A stretch of 62,055 nt of DNA, filler included, from Sphacelaria rigidula (Eukaryota), in NCBI GenBank assembly GCA_964200075.2. It is 3 parts of 3 records of this genome, joined end to end, with 100 filler letters (N's around TTAATTAATTAA, not from the genome) between each part and the next. Parts side by side here need not be neighbours in the genome. Positions count along the whole stretch, not along the records: positions 1 to 20,629 come from CAXNAA020000507.1; 2 more parts are not named here. One strand, given 5' to 3'. Below are positions 1 to 11,900 of the stretch, one piece after another. Below the pieces are notes generated by a model. The model did not search any database, was not told the DNA's origin, and saw nothing but the letters and a program-made list of their open reading frames with translations. Every line of letters begins with the position of its first letter. Within the stretch, counting starts at the first letter, position 1. A program made the position numbers and the translations under genes.

Positions 1-299
1 GACCCAATCCGCGAGACCAAAATGAAAGGCGCGTCCCGGGGTAGAGATGGGTTGATCCCTTGAGACCACGGACTCATCTCGAGGAAGAGGAGGGGTTCAA
101 GGTGTGGAGAAAAAAATATATGTGTATATGCCTCATGTTTCTACCCAGAACCGGACCCATGGGTCTTGTCCATGGGAAACTTCTAGCCATGAGAAACGTT
201 CCTCGGGTGTTGGCTGTACCGCTCTAGAAGACCTGTCGAACAGTCTGTGCACTTTGGGAGCCACGGAGCTATGTGTACGCTCCAAGCTCAAAGGTAACG

Positions 300-1090
300 C
301 ACACAATGCCATCAAGCTCAGATCTGTGAGCTTGGCTGTGCACCACACCACAAGCATATCCTGTGAGCTCGACTGGCTTGTGGCCTGTCTTTTGTCCGAG
401 ACACGGTGCGAGTCTGCACTGCTCGCCCCCCATCTCTCACTCTACTTCCCAGTCCACTTCTGGGACCTTCACTGTCAGCTCTCCGGAGCATTGTCCGGTC
501 CTCAACGCACCGTCATAGCTTGATCGATAGAGCACTCTGCTGTCGCATGGAGGCGAGGGCTCATAACCCTCTGGCAGTATTCTACTGTTGTGTACTAAAC
601 CATAGAAGCAACTCAAACTGAAAAGACAAAACCCCCGTGTTGGCCTTCCTCCTGTGCGACCCCGGCGGGTGCGCCCACATGTATCGAAAGGTGTAGACCG
701 GCGTTCAGGATAGATGGAATGACAACATATCGCGCCCAGGCCGCGGTTGTGATGGCTTCTCTTTCGCTGTCTGGGAGCTCAAGCTGTATATGGGGCATCT
801 GATGGATACCAGATGCCCTGTGGGTGTTGTGTGCCCCTATATACGTCTCGATGTTCTCCTGACTCGTGTTCCGGACAAGGTGCAGGGTCGATCGAACAGT
901 AGCTGGAAAGCAGTATATGATGACCAACAGCGACATCCGATATAGCGTAGACCGTAGATCCGCCTCCCTGCTCCAGCATCAACAGAGTGCAATGGCGTGG
1001 TACCGGTGGCAGAAGTTTCAAGGACGGTCCGGAGCTGAGTTGGCCTTGAACGTCAATTGAGATGATCGCTCACGTATCCATGGACCAACT
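300..1090 (+). mobile_element. very degenerate Ty1/copia reverse-transcriptase remnant, interrupted by a SINE fragment
   Basis: Across frameshifts, copia RT-like motifs appear in the expected order: DWLVAC..E (W..A...E), EAR-LIT (KARLV), KLYMG/DGYQMPCGCCVPL (YM..P.G....V.L), LALNVN*D (LYVDD). Heavily decayed. Confidence 0.3.
590..729 (+). mobile_element. 5'-truncated copy of tRNA-derived SINE (family S)
   Basis: gtgttggccttcctcctgtgcgaccccggcgggtgcgcccacat...gatagatggaatgacaaca matches the 3' half of the full copies at 2865-3224 and 54283-54650. Confidence 0.75.
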
Positions 1091-2179
1091 TTCAAATTTC
1101 GCAAAAGCTTGGGGTCCAAAACACGTGTTCGATTGATACGTCGAAGTAAGAGCGCGCTGTAGTGTTAGCTATGCTAATCTGAGCCCGAAAAGCGTCCGGG
1201 TTGTTCGACGGCACCATACCTACCAGAGACAAGTAATCTTTTCTCCCTATTTCTTCTGGAATGTTCCGCCCGGGTACGCTTACTTTTAGGGTCCAACCTC
1301 CTCACGGGAGAGCCGCGCGTTCAGACGACGCCCTCCCAGCTCACGCACGACATACCTCTTTACCACCCACATACACCCTAAAGCACTGGCCGTGTCCTAG
1401 TGCTTTGAACCCGTACCCTTAAAACCTGAGAAATATATAAATCCGGATAATCGTGCTGACCGCGGGAGTTTCCCGGAGAATGACGAGCGCTGTATGATGC
1501 ATTCGGGTCTGAAGCACCCAATGCAAACATCAGTCCTCAAATCGCGCACGTAGCCGTGGGGAACGGGCCGGAAAAGGTCGAATCCCTGATGAAGTATCCT
1601 CAGCAAGCCCCCGTTCCCAAAAATTGCAAACGATGAATAACCACGGGCAGGAGGCTGGGGGAGAAACGTCGGACGAGAAGTGTGAGGAGTAGTACCTTTG
1701 TTCCGGTGCGCGCGTGTGTCCATGTGTGAAGAACTCCCTCATACCATGTTGGGAAAAGCGCCACCATTCGTGTACCTAGCTGCACAGGCCACCCTAAGAT
1801 AAGGAGCACGGCTTGTACTGTACTAAAACTACAGCATCGTGGTGACTGAGTTATGCCCCTCTCTTGGTTTGTTGTGTTCATTATATCGGTACCGCAATGT
1901 GCGCCGTACCGTCTCTACAGCCTCCGTCCTCTACGACTTGAGTTTCTACCTCGGGAACACACGGAATAGTATCATTCACCGTAGAATCGGTCATATTTTG
2001 CATCGGAATACTTTTCACTCGGAAAAAAAACGCCAAAACCCAGATGATCTACCCTCGCGGTCGAAGGGTTTCACTTTGAAGCCAGTGCAGGAAAGGTTTC
2101 CTCTCCGGAGATTTTGACTCGAAAAGTGAGTGTACGGCGCAGATGGTCCACCCTGGTGATCAAGAGTCGCTTTTTAATA

Positions 2180-2590
2180 CAGCTGGCAGGGGGAAAGAGG
2201 TGACGCTCTCAAATTGAGTAATCCGATACTTGGTGATATCCATAGAAGGACGGAAGGAACGCAGGGTGGGGGGGCAAAAGAAGACAACGCTATTCTGTAC
2301 TGTACTGTGCTGTGCGGTGCACTCTGCGGCTTTGTCATTCCATACAGATAACAGCCACCCTCAAGGTATGAGTCACTTGTGGAGCATGGGCCTGATTTTT
2401 CAAAACTAAGTGCAAGACAGAGATGGCGATCCAAGGGTTTCAGTTTGCAACTAGCTGGCAGCAGGAAGAGGTGACGCCCTCGAAGGGTTTGGTGTCACCT
2501 GATTCTTGGTGAAACCTATAGACAAGGGGAGCGAATGCAGCGGGGAAGAGAGAGAAGACAAGACCGTACTGTAGCATACACCATTGCACT
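2180..2590 (+). repeat. diverged direct duplication (~140-bp block, ~272 bp apart)
   Basis: agctggcag..gaaagaggtgacgctctc..cttggtga...agaagacaa..gtactgta occurs at ~2181 and again at ~2453. Confidence 0.6.
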
Positions 2591-2864
2591 ACGAAACTGA
2601 GGATTGTAGATCGGGGTTGTCGCGACTTTGGCAGTCACCCCCAGGGTGGGTAACCTGTGTTGCATTGGCACATTTTTGACGTGAAAATGAAGGACGACCA
2701 GACCGTTCGGGCGATGCAATGCGACAAGGAGATGTACGTACCATGGGTGCAGAAAGCCTTCTGTGCTTCTTTTCCGACCGATCGGAAGGGTCACTCCCAT
2801 TCTTCAGCTTGCGGGATTTTTTTGAAAAAATTCCTAGGCCAAATCAGGATAGCTAACGTTCGCT

Positions 2865-3224
2865 CGTGTGTGCGTGTGTGTGTTGTCGTCCCATCTATTC
2901 TGGACCCCGGTCTACACTTTCGGGTATATGTGGGCGCACCAGGCTGGGTCACACAGGAGGAAGGTCAACACAGGAGTTCTTTTATGTTCGTTTCTGGTAC
3001 TCCACCTTCCTTCTGCGGTGCCTGCCTTTTTTTATCGCGAGAGGGGTTTGGTAGTCCCTTCCCGTCGTCGATCATTAAGTCGAGTTTTGTGTCTCCTAGC
3101 CATAGTCACCCTCCACCGTTGGGCATGGTGTGAGAAAAATTCCTAGATCGCTCCGAGATTTGAACCATCGACCCAACCGTCAGAAGGTTTCGGGGTTACC
3201 AACTGAGCCACCGGGGCGACCGGC
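2865..3224 (-). mobile_element. full-length tRNA-derived SINE (family S), ~360 bp
   Basis: The minus strand starts gccggtcgccccggTGGCTCAGTTGGtaa (A box) ... GGTTCAAATC (B box), continues through the family body and ends in a (CA)n-type tail (gacaacacacacacgcacacacg). Confidence 0.85.
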
Positions 3225-3379
3225 AAGATCTAGAGTACGGTGCATGTATCTGTGCGGGATACCGTACTGTCTAGATCTGTGCAGGATCGACCCACTTTCC
3301 CTCATCATCCCGCCACGTGCACTGCTGCTGATTCCAATAGCTAGACCAGCGCTATCATACTAGCCTACTCATGCTCACC

Positions 3380-4000
3380 AATATGCTTACGACGATCACT
3401 ATGGAACGTAGGTGACTGACGGCTGACGGAGATGGAGGCATTGACAAGCTACTAACCCCCCATCAACGACTTGCAACAGTAGCTTCGCCTGCCTGTCGGT
3501 CGCCGTTTATTTCTCCTTGCATCGCTAACTTGGCAGCAGACACGCAACTGGAGGCGTATTATAATCGTGTAATAACGACTTGCTGATGGAGATACTGCAC
3601 TGTAGGGTGATGCGTGGATGCTCGATGATCCAACTCAAGCCACACCAGCACGTTTAGAACATGTATGGATGTAAAGTTGACTCCGATCTCCTGCATGTGA
3701 TGCACGTGTACTGTCTGTAATGGCACGAGATATTGCGCCATCAGAAGCTTTCTGCTCAACGTATATTGTTCACTTGCCTACAGCTCAGGTGTTCTTCCAT
3801 GAATATTAGCAAACCTTGCAGGCGTGCGAGATGGCATTGCCGGGACCCCATTGCTGTCATCTTTTACAGGAAGGGGCCGTGACGTGTATACAACAAGCTC
3901 ATCCCGTGCACAAGCTATGATTATTGCGGGCCTCGCACAGTAGCGAAGTAGTTCGTTTTTAGCCGGAAGCAAGACGATGATGTTGTTCGGTTGGCTGGAC
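3380..4000 (-). mobile_element. degenerate Ty1/copia RT remnant
   Basis: Minus-strand motifs in order across frameshifts: MGSRQC (GF.QC), TIYVEQ (IYVDD), HMQEIG...WLEL...QYLHQQ (M.DLG..LG.EI..LHQ..Y), SLMGG**LVN (SLIGSL.YL). Confidence 0.4.
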
Positions 4001-4117
4001 TTCTAGGGACGTCTTGTAGCCTTACCTTTCGTTTCGATATGGAGTACAGCACAGGTGGAATGTGCTAGTCAGGAGGGGAAAGCTTATGCACGAGTAAAAT
4101 TGTGTTTGTCGTGCACA

Positions 4118-4294
4118 TGACTGAACAGTCGACGAGGGAAAGGGACTGCTGAACTCCACTCGCGATAAAAAGTAAAGGCAAGCACCGCAGAAGGAAGTTG
4201 GAGTACTAAAACAAATAAAGAAGAAAAAACTCCCGTGTTGACCTTCCTCCTGTGTGACCCGGGCTGGAGATGGGATGACAACACACAACACACA
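4118..4294 (+). mobile_element. 5'-truncated, internally deleted SINE (family S)
   Basis: gtcgacgagggaaagggact...gcaccgcagaaggaag...gtgttgaccttcctcctgtgtgaccc...agatgggatgacaacacacaacacaca. Confidence 0.8.
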
Positions 4295-5469
4295 TGCCTC
4301 GCGTGCTTACTCAGCGGTCTATGCTCTGAAACTAATGGAGTGTGACATCGGGTCCTTCCTACTTGACGAAGTGTTATTTAGTGAAGTTGTTGCCTCTCGA
4401 CGATCAGCAGGCTCGAGTAGTGGGGTCGGACGTTTAAGAAAAACGATTACTTGGTGGTATTTATGAATGACCACCCCAACCGGACTGGCTACATTATTTC
4501 GCGCGATCCCTATTCGTCAGACATATTTGAGTTATCCATGGGGTGTTGTTGTCTTGTTCGGGGTGGAAGGTCAGCGCTGCTGGGTGGGTATGGTCCTGAA
4601 TCAACCCAACACTGATGGTGCGGTTTGTACACGTGTCACTCCGATAACCGTTGTTTGCAAAGAAGGTCACTCACGCCATGAGAACGGGGCGGCGTTGCAA
4701 ACCCCAATGAAAAAAACATGTTTCCACGTAGCCTGAGAATGGTGAGCATGGCATAATTATGGATATCTAACAGGTTTCCAAGTCGGTACTTCTCACGGCT
4801 CAAACAGACACTTCCAAAACCTATGGCTCGATAATACTGATTCGATTTGAAGAGTGTTGCAAGGTCGTCCTCGAGTACGGTGTTTGGAGGAGGATCGCAC
4901 TGTACGGTACAGTACAGTACTTGATCTTGGCGGTATGACTGCGGCAAGGGGTGATGCCGTTTTCACTTGGTCCAGCTCGACGCACAGCATGTGGTTCTTC
5001 GAAACTGCAGTGCCTTATAGTACGGGACCAAAACGACGAATGCACCTGCAGCGACAAATGCAGTCCTCAGCATACCGTACCTTCCAGGGTACTGCATGCA
5101 TTGGTGTACACCTTGCAGGTCAGACGATTGGTTGAACAATCCCAACTTCGGTAGTCATTGCGGAGGTACAGAAAGGGACTCAGAAAGTGACGCCCTCCGC
5201 AACGCAGGAACGGTGCAACTGACGGCTCTATTGTGGTGCCACATTTCCTAGCAAGTACCGTCCGAGTACTTGGGGGTGAACTTGAAATAGGGAATGACAA
5301 AACAAACCTACCCATTATCGAGCTACACGGCTCGCCGCACACAAGAGTTCGATTCACTATCGCAACTCTTTTGTCACATCGATCGTTGGACAGGAAAATA
5401 GCGGAAGAGTCCACACCGACGACGGCACCCACCCCGTCGAGAAAAAAGACGAAAACCGCCGTAAGACAA

Positions 5470-6560
5470 GGAAGTTGGAAGCGGACAATACGAGAGAGAT
5501 ACGAAAGCACCACAGCAGTATTTTGTTTTTTTACTACTCATGGAAAAGGTATTTGATCCTTTGCGATTGCTCGAACCCGCTGTCGCTAGCTTTGAACCAT
5601 GATTTATGCACATGTATTGAGCGAGAGATATGGCGGCAGGAACCACTTCTCTGGGGAATCATTACTTTTACACGTAGGCTTTCGTCACAGAAAAGTAAGC
5701 AGAAAGAAACGGCGTAGCAGTGATCCTCGCCCCAAACTCGGTCCATCTTGAAGCTTTGTTGCGGAAGTCGGAACCTTTTCCCGTTCAGGCTTGCTGCGGA
5801 CCAGGGAAGTCCCGTGCAGATTTTGAGCTCCATATACCGGGTGCCCTGCAGCGCTGTAGGGGAAGTTAGCGAGGAACATACGCTGCAACCTCATTTGTCC
5901 AATACGAAGCAAATCGTCAAGTGTTTTGGAGCTCGTTATTTGGGAATGCACAGACGGTCACGCCTGCGTTGGAAACCCCTTGGGAAAAGCGTTGATTTCA
6001 TTCGGGCTATGTACGGATGGCTCGTCACTCCACATGGGTGAACAACCAGGGACTGTCTCACGATTACATTGATTTTCTTCACATCGTTTCAACATGATAC
6101 ATGATGTGAGGTACTACGGTCTAACGCGTTCGACGTTGTATGGGTCTCATGAGCTCGGAGCACTGCCCCACGTGTCACGACAACAATCCTTGCTTCGGAT
6201 CAGTATCCTCAAGCCGCAATGTTTCTGAGAAGTGCCTGTTGATGCCAAAAAGAATGCCGACCTACAAAAAATGCTTTTCGTAGCCTCGCTCTTCAGGGTA
6301 TAGGCCGTAAGATCACACACTTCTACCGTCATTCATTTTGTGTATCTGTACTCCAGGTCACCACGAAACTTTCCGACAACGGGGTTTTTCAATTTCTTAC
6401 ATTTTGCCGGTTGTCGGGGGTCGAAGGGTTCTGGGAGATACGGGGGCGATCACGTGACGTTCGGGGACCCCCGAAAACCGGCGAATAAGAAAACCGGTAA
6501 GCACCATCTTCAGAGAGTCGTAATGCCGTAAAGTACATGTGCTCGATTTCCAGAGTCTAA
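5470..6560 (+). repeat. left arm of a large diverged inverted repeat (partner 9958-11450)
   Basis: Collinear reverse-complement match, e.g. gtagcagtgatcctcgccccaaa (5713) vs tttggggcgaggatcactgctac (11186), and cttcagggtataggccgtaagatcacac (6291) vs gtgtgatcttacggcctataccctgaag (10313). Confidence 0.9.
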
Positions 6561-6724
6561 CTCTAAACCCTCCGTAACATTTCGGGCATATTTGCGCTAA
6601 AGTGTCTCGTGTCCGATACAACCTCTTAACTTAATTGATTTGAGTATATGACGGTATTTTTGACGTGAAATAACCCGGTTTTTATCAGTTTGTCAGGTTT
6701 CGCAACGAAATTGTACCAATCGTG

Positions 6725-7301
6725 TAAGGTCAGGTCGAGTAGAGTATAGTCAATACTCGGTAGTTTCGAAAAGTCATACTCGTAGAACTCAGATTTTGAG
6801 TGAGGTATCTGAGGTCGTACTCAATCTACCTACACGTTGAGTGGAGTATTTGAAGTCATACTAAATTCACCCAAAATTCAAGTGGAGTATTGAGGTCACA
6901 CCCAAGCAATACTCTATATTCCAAGTATTACTGAGAGTACTTACCCAGAATTTGAGTGGAGTATTTAAGGTCGTACTCAATCTACCCAAAGTCTGAGTAG
7001 AGTATTATGATCATACCCAAGTGCTTCTCCATACTCCGAGTATTGCTCAAAGTACTTCCCAAACATTTGAGAAGAGTATTTGAGGTCCTACGCAATCTAC
7101 CCAAAATCTGAGTAGATTTTTTCAGGTTATACTCGATGTACCCAAAATTTGAGTAGAGTGTTTAAGGCCGTACTCAATCTACCGAAAACTTGAGTAGAGG
7201 TTTTGAGGTGATTCTCAATCTACCCAAAGTTTGAGTAGAGTAGATACTCGGTATGTTCACCCGAGTATTCAAGAGTACATGCTTTATTCGAACTGCCCTT
7301 G
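6725..7301. mobile_element. MITE-like element with ~26-bp TIRs, filled with 41-bp tandem repeats
   Basis: The left end taaggtcaggtcgagtagagtat is inverse to the right end atgctttattcgaactgcccttg. The internal unit is approximately gagtagagtatttgaggtcgtactcaatctacccaaaattt. The flanks caatcgtg / cactgtg may be a decayed target-site duplication. Confidence 0.75.
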
Positions 7302-7669
7302 CACTGTGTCCCCCGCTGGGTTTCCCATAGAGGAGTCAGATGTGCGGCCAGTAGAGTCGCTCATTTTGATTATACCTACCCGTCTACTCGATTACTGAAT
7401 GATGATGAGGAGCGCTTTGTACTGAAACTGACATCGAAGAGGTTGCGAGGTATCAAGTATGTACTGCCGTGGGTGGGGGCAGGTGAGCTGGGGCAGGTGG
7501 GTTCATTCACCTGCGCGTTTGTTTAGTTTTTGGATGGCCATCATCCGCTCGTTCTCATTGCAGCTCGTGACGTAACGTCACTCATCTCATTGATGACCAT
7601 CGTTACGCCCATGAATTCAGCATAGTCCGTGAAGTGACGTCACGAAGCCGCCGACAGTCACGGTTACTC

Positions 7670-8035
7670 ATCACACCCAAATGATACTCTATACCTGAGT
7701 ATTTCTGAGAGAGCTCACCCAATATTTGCGTAGAGTATTTGAAGTTATACTAAATCTACCCGAACTTTGAGTAAAGTATCTGAGGTCGTACTCACGTGAT
7801 ACTCTAAACCCAACTACTGCTGAGAGTGCTTACCCAAAATTTGAGTCAAGTATTTGAGGTCGTAACTGAATCTACCCAAATCTTGAGTAGATCATTTGAG
7901 GCCGTACTCGATCTACCCAAATATTGCATAAAGTATTTGAGGCCGAACTCGATCTACCCGAAATTTGAGTAAAGTAATTACTCGGGTATTTTACTCGAGT
8001 ATTCAAAACTACATACTCTACTCGACCTGTCCTTG
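7670..8035. mobile_element. second, left-truncated copy of the 41-bp-repeat MITE
   Basis: Same 41-bp unit. It ends in atactctactcgacctgtccttg, a close reverse complement of the 6725 terminus. Confidence 0.75.
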
Positions 8036-8714
8036 AAATAATTGTTTGACTACCCCGGGACGAATAAATATATATTTTTTGTTTTGAGGCATTTTATGCC
8101 GGCTCCCGGGGGTTTCGACGCCTGAACCCGCGGAAGCCCGTGTGAGCGGGGCAGCTTCGAAATATTTTCAACGACCAATTTATTTTCTTCGGTTGGAGCA
8201 CCAATACGCAACGAACTACCAAGTTTGAGTATAATCATAGCCGTTCCACGACAGATATAAGCGAAACTGTCCAGAAGCCTTCTGGGTCTTTGATGCAGAT
8301 CATCAGTAGGAATCCGACGACGCCCAAACCTCACATCATGAAGATTCTACCGGTTTGGGTATTCGACCCCATAGTAAGCGTTTTCAAATGTTTTTTTTTG
8401 CAGTCGGATTACTAAGCTGATGGTGGATACTACAAACTGAAGCACATGAAAAGTGTGTGATTTTTTTTTTTTTATTATTACTCGTTATTTTACTTGTCGC
8501 ACTCCAAACGCCTCCCCTTACTCGGTACGAGTCCGTGGTCTCAAGGGATCAACCAATATCGCTCCTGCTCATGCCTTGCCATTTGATCTCGCGGAATTGG
8601 GACAGCGCTCCCGCATTGCGTCAACTCCCGTCAAACAAACTCAGTGCTCTACTTTTTGCTGACTCAGGTACCCTCGCTTCCGACGGTGGAAATCAGATAC
8701 ATGAAGAAAAAGAT

Positions 8715-8788
8715 ACAACGCATGGGGAATCGAACCCATGATCTGCCCACCTTAGCGGTGACAGTCGGACCATTGCACCACGGGGTCG
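8715..8788 (-). other. degenerate tRNA-like sequence (pseudo-tRNA or head of a second SINE family)
   Basis: Minus strand: gcgaccccgTGGTGCAATGGtccg...atgGGTTCGATTCCcc, followed by a T5 run. A and B boxes are present but the cloverleaf is imperfect. The same 5' motif recurs at 11741. Confidence 0.45.
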
Positions 8789-8819
8789 CAGCGGCTGGTT
8801 AAAAACTTCGTATATTTGA

Positions 8820-8992
8820 TATCAGAACAGCTTGAGCGCCGCTGATTGGTCGAGGGGCATTTCGCCCCCTAGCGCAACCACTACGGCCTTGAACAAAACT
8901 CCGGCTATGTCAATTTATCAATTTGTCCATGGGCAGTATGATGCTATGTATGCGATTTTTCGGTGAGTGCTGTGAAAGGGATATGGTGATGA
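8820..8992 (+). repeat. dispersed repeat containing GCTGATTGGTCGA (CCAAT box on the minus strand)
   Basis: Aligns over ~170 bp with 25065-25240, and partly in reverse with 19400-19460. Confidence 0.7.
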
Positions 8993-9957
8993 GTGTATTT
9001 GGGCTGTTCATCTTGAACCGGCCTGCACGGCTAATAATGTTCACTAGGCCTCGCTAACCACAAATGTTTTGCTTTCTCTTCGAAGCGGTTTTGAAATACT
9101 ATCCCGTCTACATGGTGCAAGCGAATCGAGCACCTCACGTGTCGTGGTGCTCTCTGTTTGACAGTGGCACTTGCAGTCATAAGTGTGCACGTGGCAGCGC
9201 GTGTTTTATCTAGTATGTTCTCACCAACCGGTATTCCCCCCACTCCAGACACAGTAGTCCGCAATAGCATCTGAAACATGTCTCGAGACAGGAGCTACGT
9301 GGAAAGAACAGGCACCAATCAAAATTGGAATGGTCGTAGGTGCGGACATATTGATAAACGTCCCGTGGTCATCCCAACACCAGTATCTGTTGGAATATAT
9401 ATGGCTATCGTGGCTTGTGCATACAATACACAACCTTCAACTGTCAACCTTACGGGAAGATTCGGTTCACCACGTGAGCCCAGCTCTGACAAGAGAGCTC
9501 GCAGAGGCTGCACAGTGTTGTTTAACACTTGCTTGTGCAATGGAAGACGAAATATATATTTCAAGCTTAGCTCCTGATCCGGTCGATTATACACAATAAA
9601 GCACTTGGTTTCTTATAAACGCAAAAACCAATAACCAGCTGATATGCTTGGTTGAGTGGAGAAAAATAGAGAGGGACCACGAGGTGGCATCCCAGAAAAG
9701 TGTCTTATCTCAACAAAACCTTACGCCCTTGAAACTGTACGATTTGAACCATATAGCCATGAACTCTACATACATCAACTCTTGATACTAAAAACTTCTC
9801 GTCTCAAGCTCTTCACTATTCTGACATCAACAGTTCGACCTATCCATTCATCAATCCTACGCAACGATTAGGTCAAAACCCGTTCGTACTGTGTATTCTA
9901 CGTTCTACGTATGTTGCTGTTGATGTTGTACCGTCGCTTCATCCACCGCTAAAGTTG

Positions 9958-11450
9958 TTTAGGCTCTGAAAATCGATCACATGTACTTTACGTCATTACG
10001 ACTTTCTGAAGACGGGGTTTTCCTATGTTTACACTCGCCGGTTGTCGGGGGTCCCAGAACGTGACGTGATCACCTCAAATCCACCAGAAGCCTAGGACTC
10101 CCTTTCACCGGCGAAATGAAAGAAATCGAACAACCCCATCCTCCAAAAGGATCGTAGTGACCTGAAGTACAGATGTACAAATTCTTGGACTCTCACTCTA
10201 AACCCTGCGGGAAGGTTTGCGATGAGTGTAGTTGGGTGTTCACCGTGAATCAGATTGTATCTAGCAGCGGTTTCTGTGACCAAAGCGGGTAAAGGTGAAT
10301 GACTGTATAACTGTGTGATCTTACGGCCTATACCCTGAAGAGCAAGGCTACGAAAAGTATCCTTTTTAGGTCGATATTATTTCTGGCACCAACAGGCACT
10401 TCTCAGAAACACTGCGGCTTGAGGATACTGATCCGAAACAAGGATTGTTGTTGTGACACGTTGGGCAGTGCTCCGAGCTCACAAGACCGATACAAGGTCT
10501 AACGCGTTAGATCGTATCATATGCCATCTCATATTTTGAAGCAATGTGAAGAAAATGAATTTCCTCGTGAGACAGTCCCTGGTTGTTCACCCATATGGAG
10601 TGACGAGGCACCCGTACATAGCCCGTGTGAAATTAATGCTTTTCCCAAGGGGTTTCCAACGCAGGCATGATCACCTCTGTTTTTCTCAGATGAAGGGCTC
10701 CAAAACACGTCATGACTCATCTCATAACAGAAAAATGAGGTTGTAGCTGCCTTCTCGACTTCTACTACGAAGGCACACGTGGCATCGGCGTCGGCGCAAT
10801 ATCTGGGAGTAGAGCTTCATACTTGTCACGTGTTCTAATTCGTCATTCCACACGACCTACAAAACTAAACCACATGGCATGTCGGTTGTGCGTCATCACC
10901 TATTTAGCCAGTATCTCCTTCACGAGGTGAAATTCTGCTGTTGAGACGGCACAAGGCTCTTGAAACGCATGCCGGGCGGTGAAATCGTGGGCTGACGCAC
11001 GTGGGAAGCGTGTTCTAGGATGCACAAACGGAATACTGAATCCTGTTCCTCGCCAACGTCTCTGCAGTGCTGCAGGGCAAGCGGGAAATGGAGCTTGCAA
11101 CCCGCAGTGGGACTTCTCCGACCCGCAGCAGTCCTGAACGGGAAAAGGTTCCGAATTTCGCAAAAAGGTTTCAATGTAGACCGAATTTGGGGCGAGGATC
11201 ACTGCTACTTAATTTCCTGTTGCTCACTCTCCCATGACGAAAGCTTACGCGCGGAAGCAATTTTTTCGGGAAAGTGGTTTCGTCCACCGCATCTCTCACT
11301 CCGTACGTCAGCACACTTCGGTGTTCAAACCTTAGGGCAGGGGGTTCGATATGTTGCAGAGTACCCAATACCTGTGCTACGAGTAGTGTAACAAAACAAA
11401 ATCCTGCTCTGGTGCTTTCAAATCTTCTCGTATTGTACACTCCCAACATT
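9958..11450 (-). repeat. right arm of the large inverted repeat, with extra segments at ~10180-10295 and ~10748-11043
   Basis: Reverse-complement alignment to 5470-6560 with two insertions. Its 9958-10200 part is itself an imperfect hairpin. Confidence 0.9.
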
Positions 11451-11669
11451 TCAACACCAGTATCCGGGACTGCTATAGTAGTCGCCGGAATGTACCACCT
11501 CCATGAAGCCGTGGTTCTTGAACGGAGTCATCGGTATGCAGCGAGTAGGACTGGGTATATCTTTCCAGACGTTTGAAAGCATGATGTGCTTCATCGGCAC
11601 TCAAAGTACGTACACGGCACATGTGATTGTAGTCGTGCATTGACCCCGCCTTCGTGATGGGGGCAAATG

Positions 11670-11900
11670 ACACATGAGGGTTTGAGGTTTTCACAGTCAA
11701 ACCTTGTTTACTGTATGTGCCATTGCCAGATACATGACAAGCGCCCCGGTGGTGTAATGGTCCGCGGAGGTGAGCAGCAGTGATCCTCACCTCCAGTACC
11801 CGTATATACCTTCGGGATGAGGGAAAATCACACATGAGGGTTTGAGGTCTTCACACTAAAACCTTGTTTACTGTATGTGCCGTTGCCAGGCACATGCCAA
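11670..11900 (+). repeat. pair of ~71-bp direct repeats flanking a ~90-bp spacer
   Basis: acacatgagggtttgaggt.ttcaca...aaaccttgtttactgtatgtgcc.ttgccag..acatg.caa at 11670 and at 11830. Confidence 0.85.

Noticed and set aside
3140-3224. Functional tRNA gene (also 54283-54360 and 13871-13948)
   Set aside because: No complete acceptor stem. The first two are SINE heads; the third has only a decayed B-box-like motif.
6725-8035. CRISPR-like appearance of regularly spaced palindromic repeats
   Set aside because: The units are contiguous with no unique spacers, are bounded by TIRs, have no cas genes nearby, and the context is eukaryotic.
9030-9600. Possible further copia RT/RNase H ghost on the minus strand
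   Set aside because: Only two or three vague motifs (GCVLYA, SDAIAD, VKQR); not distinguishable from chance by eye.
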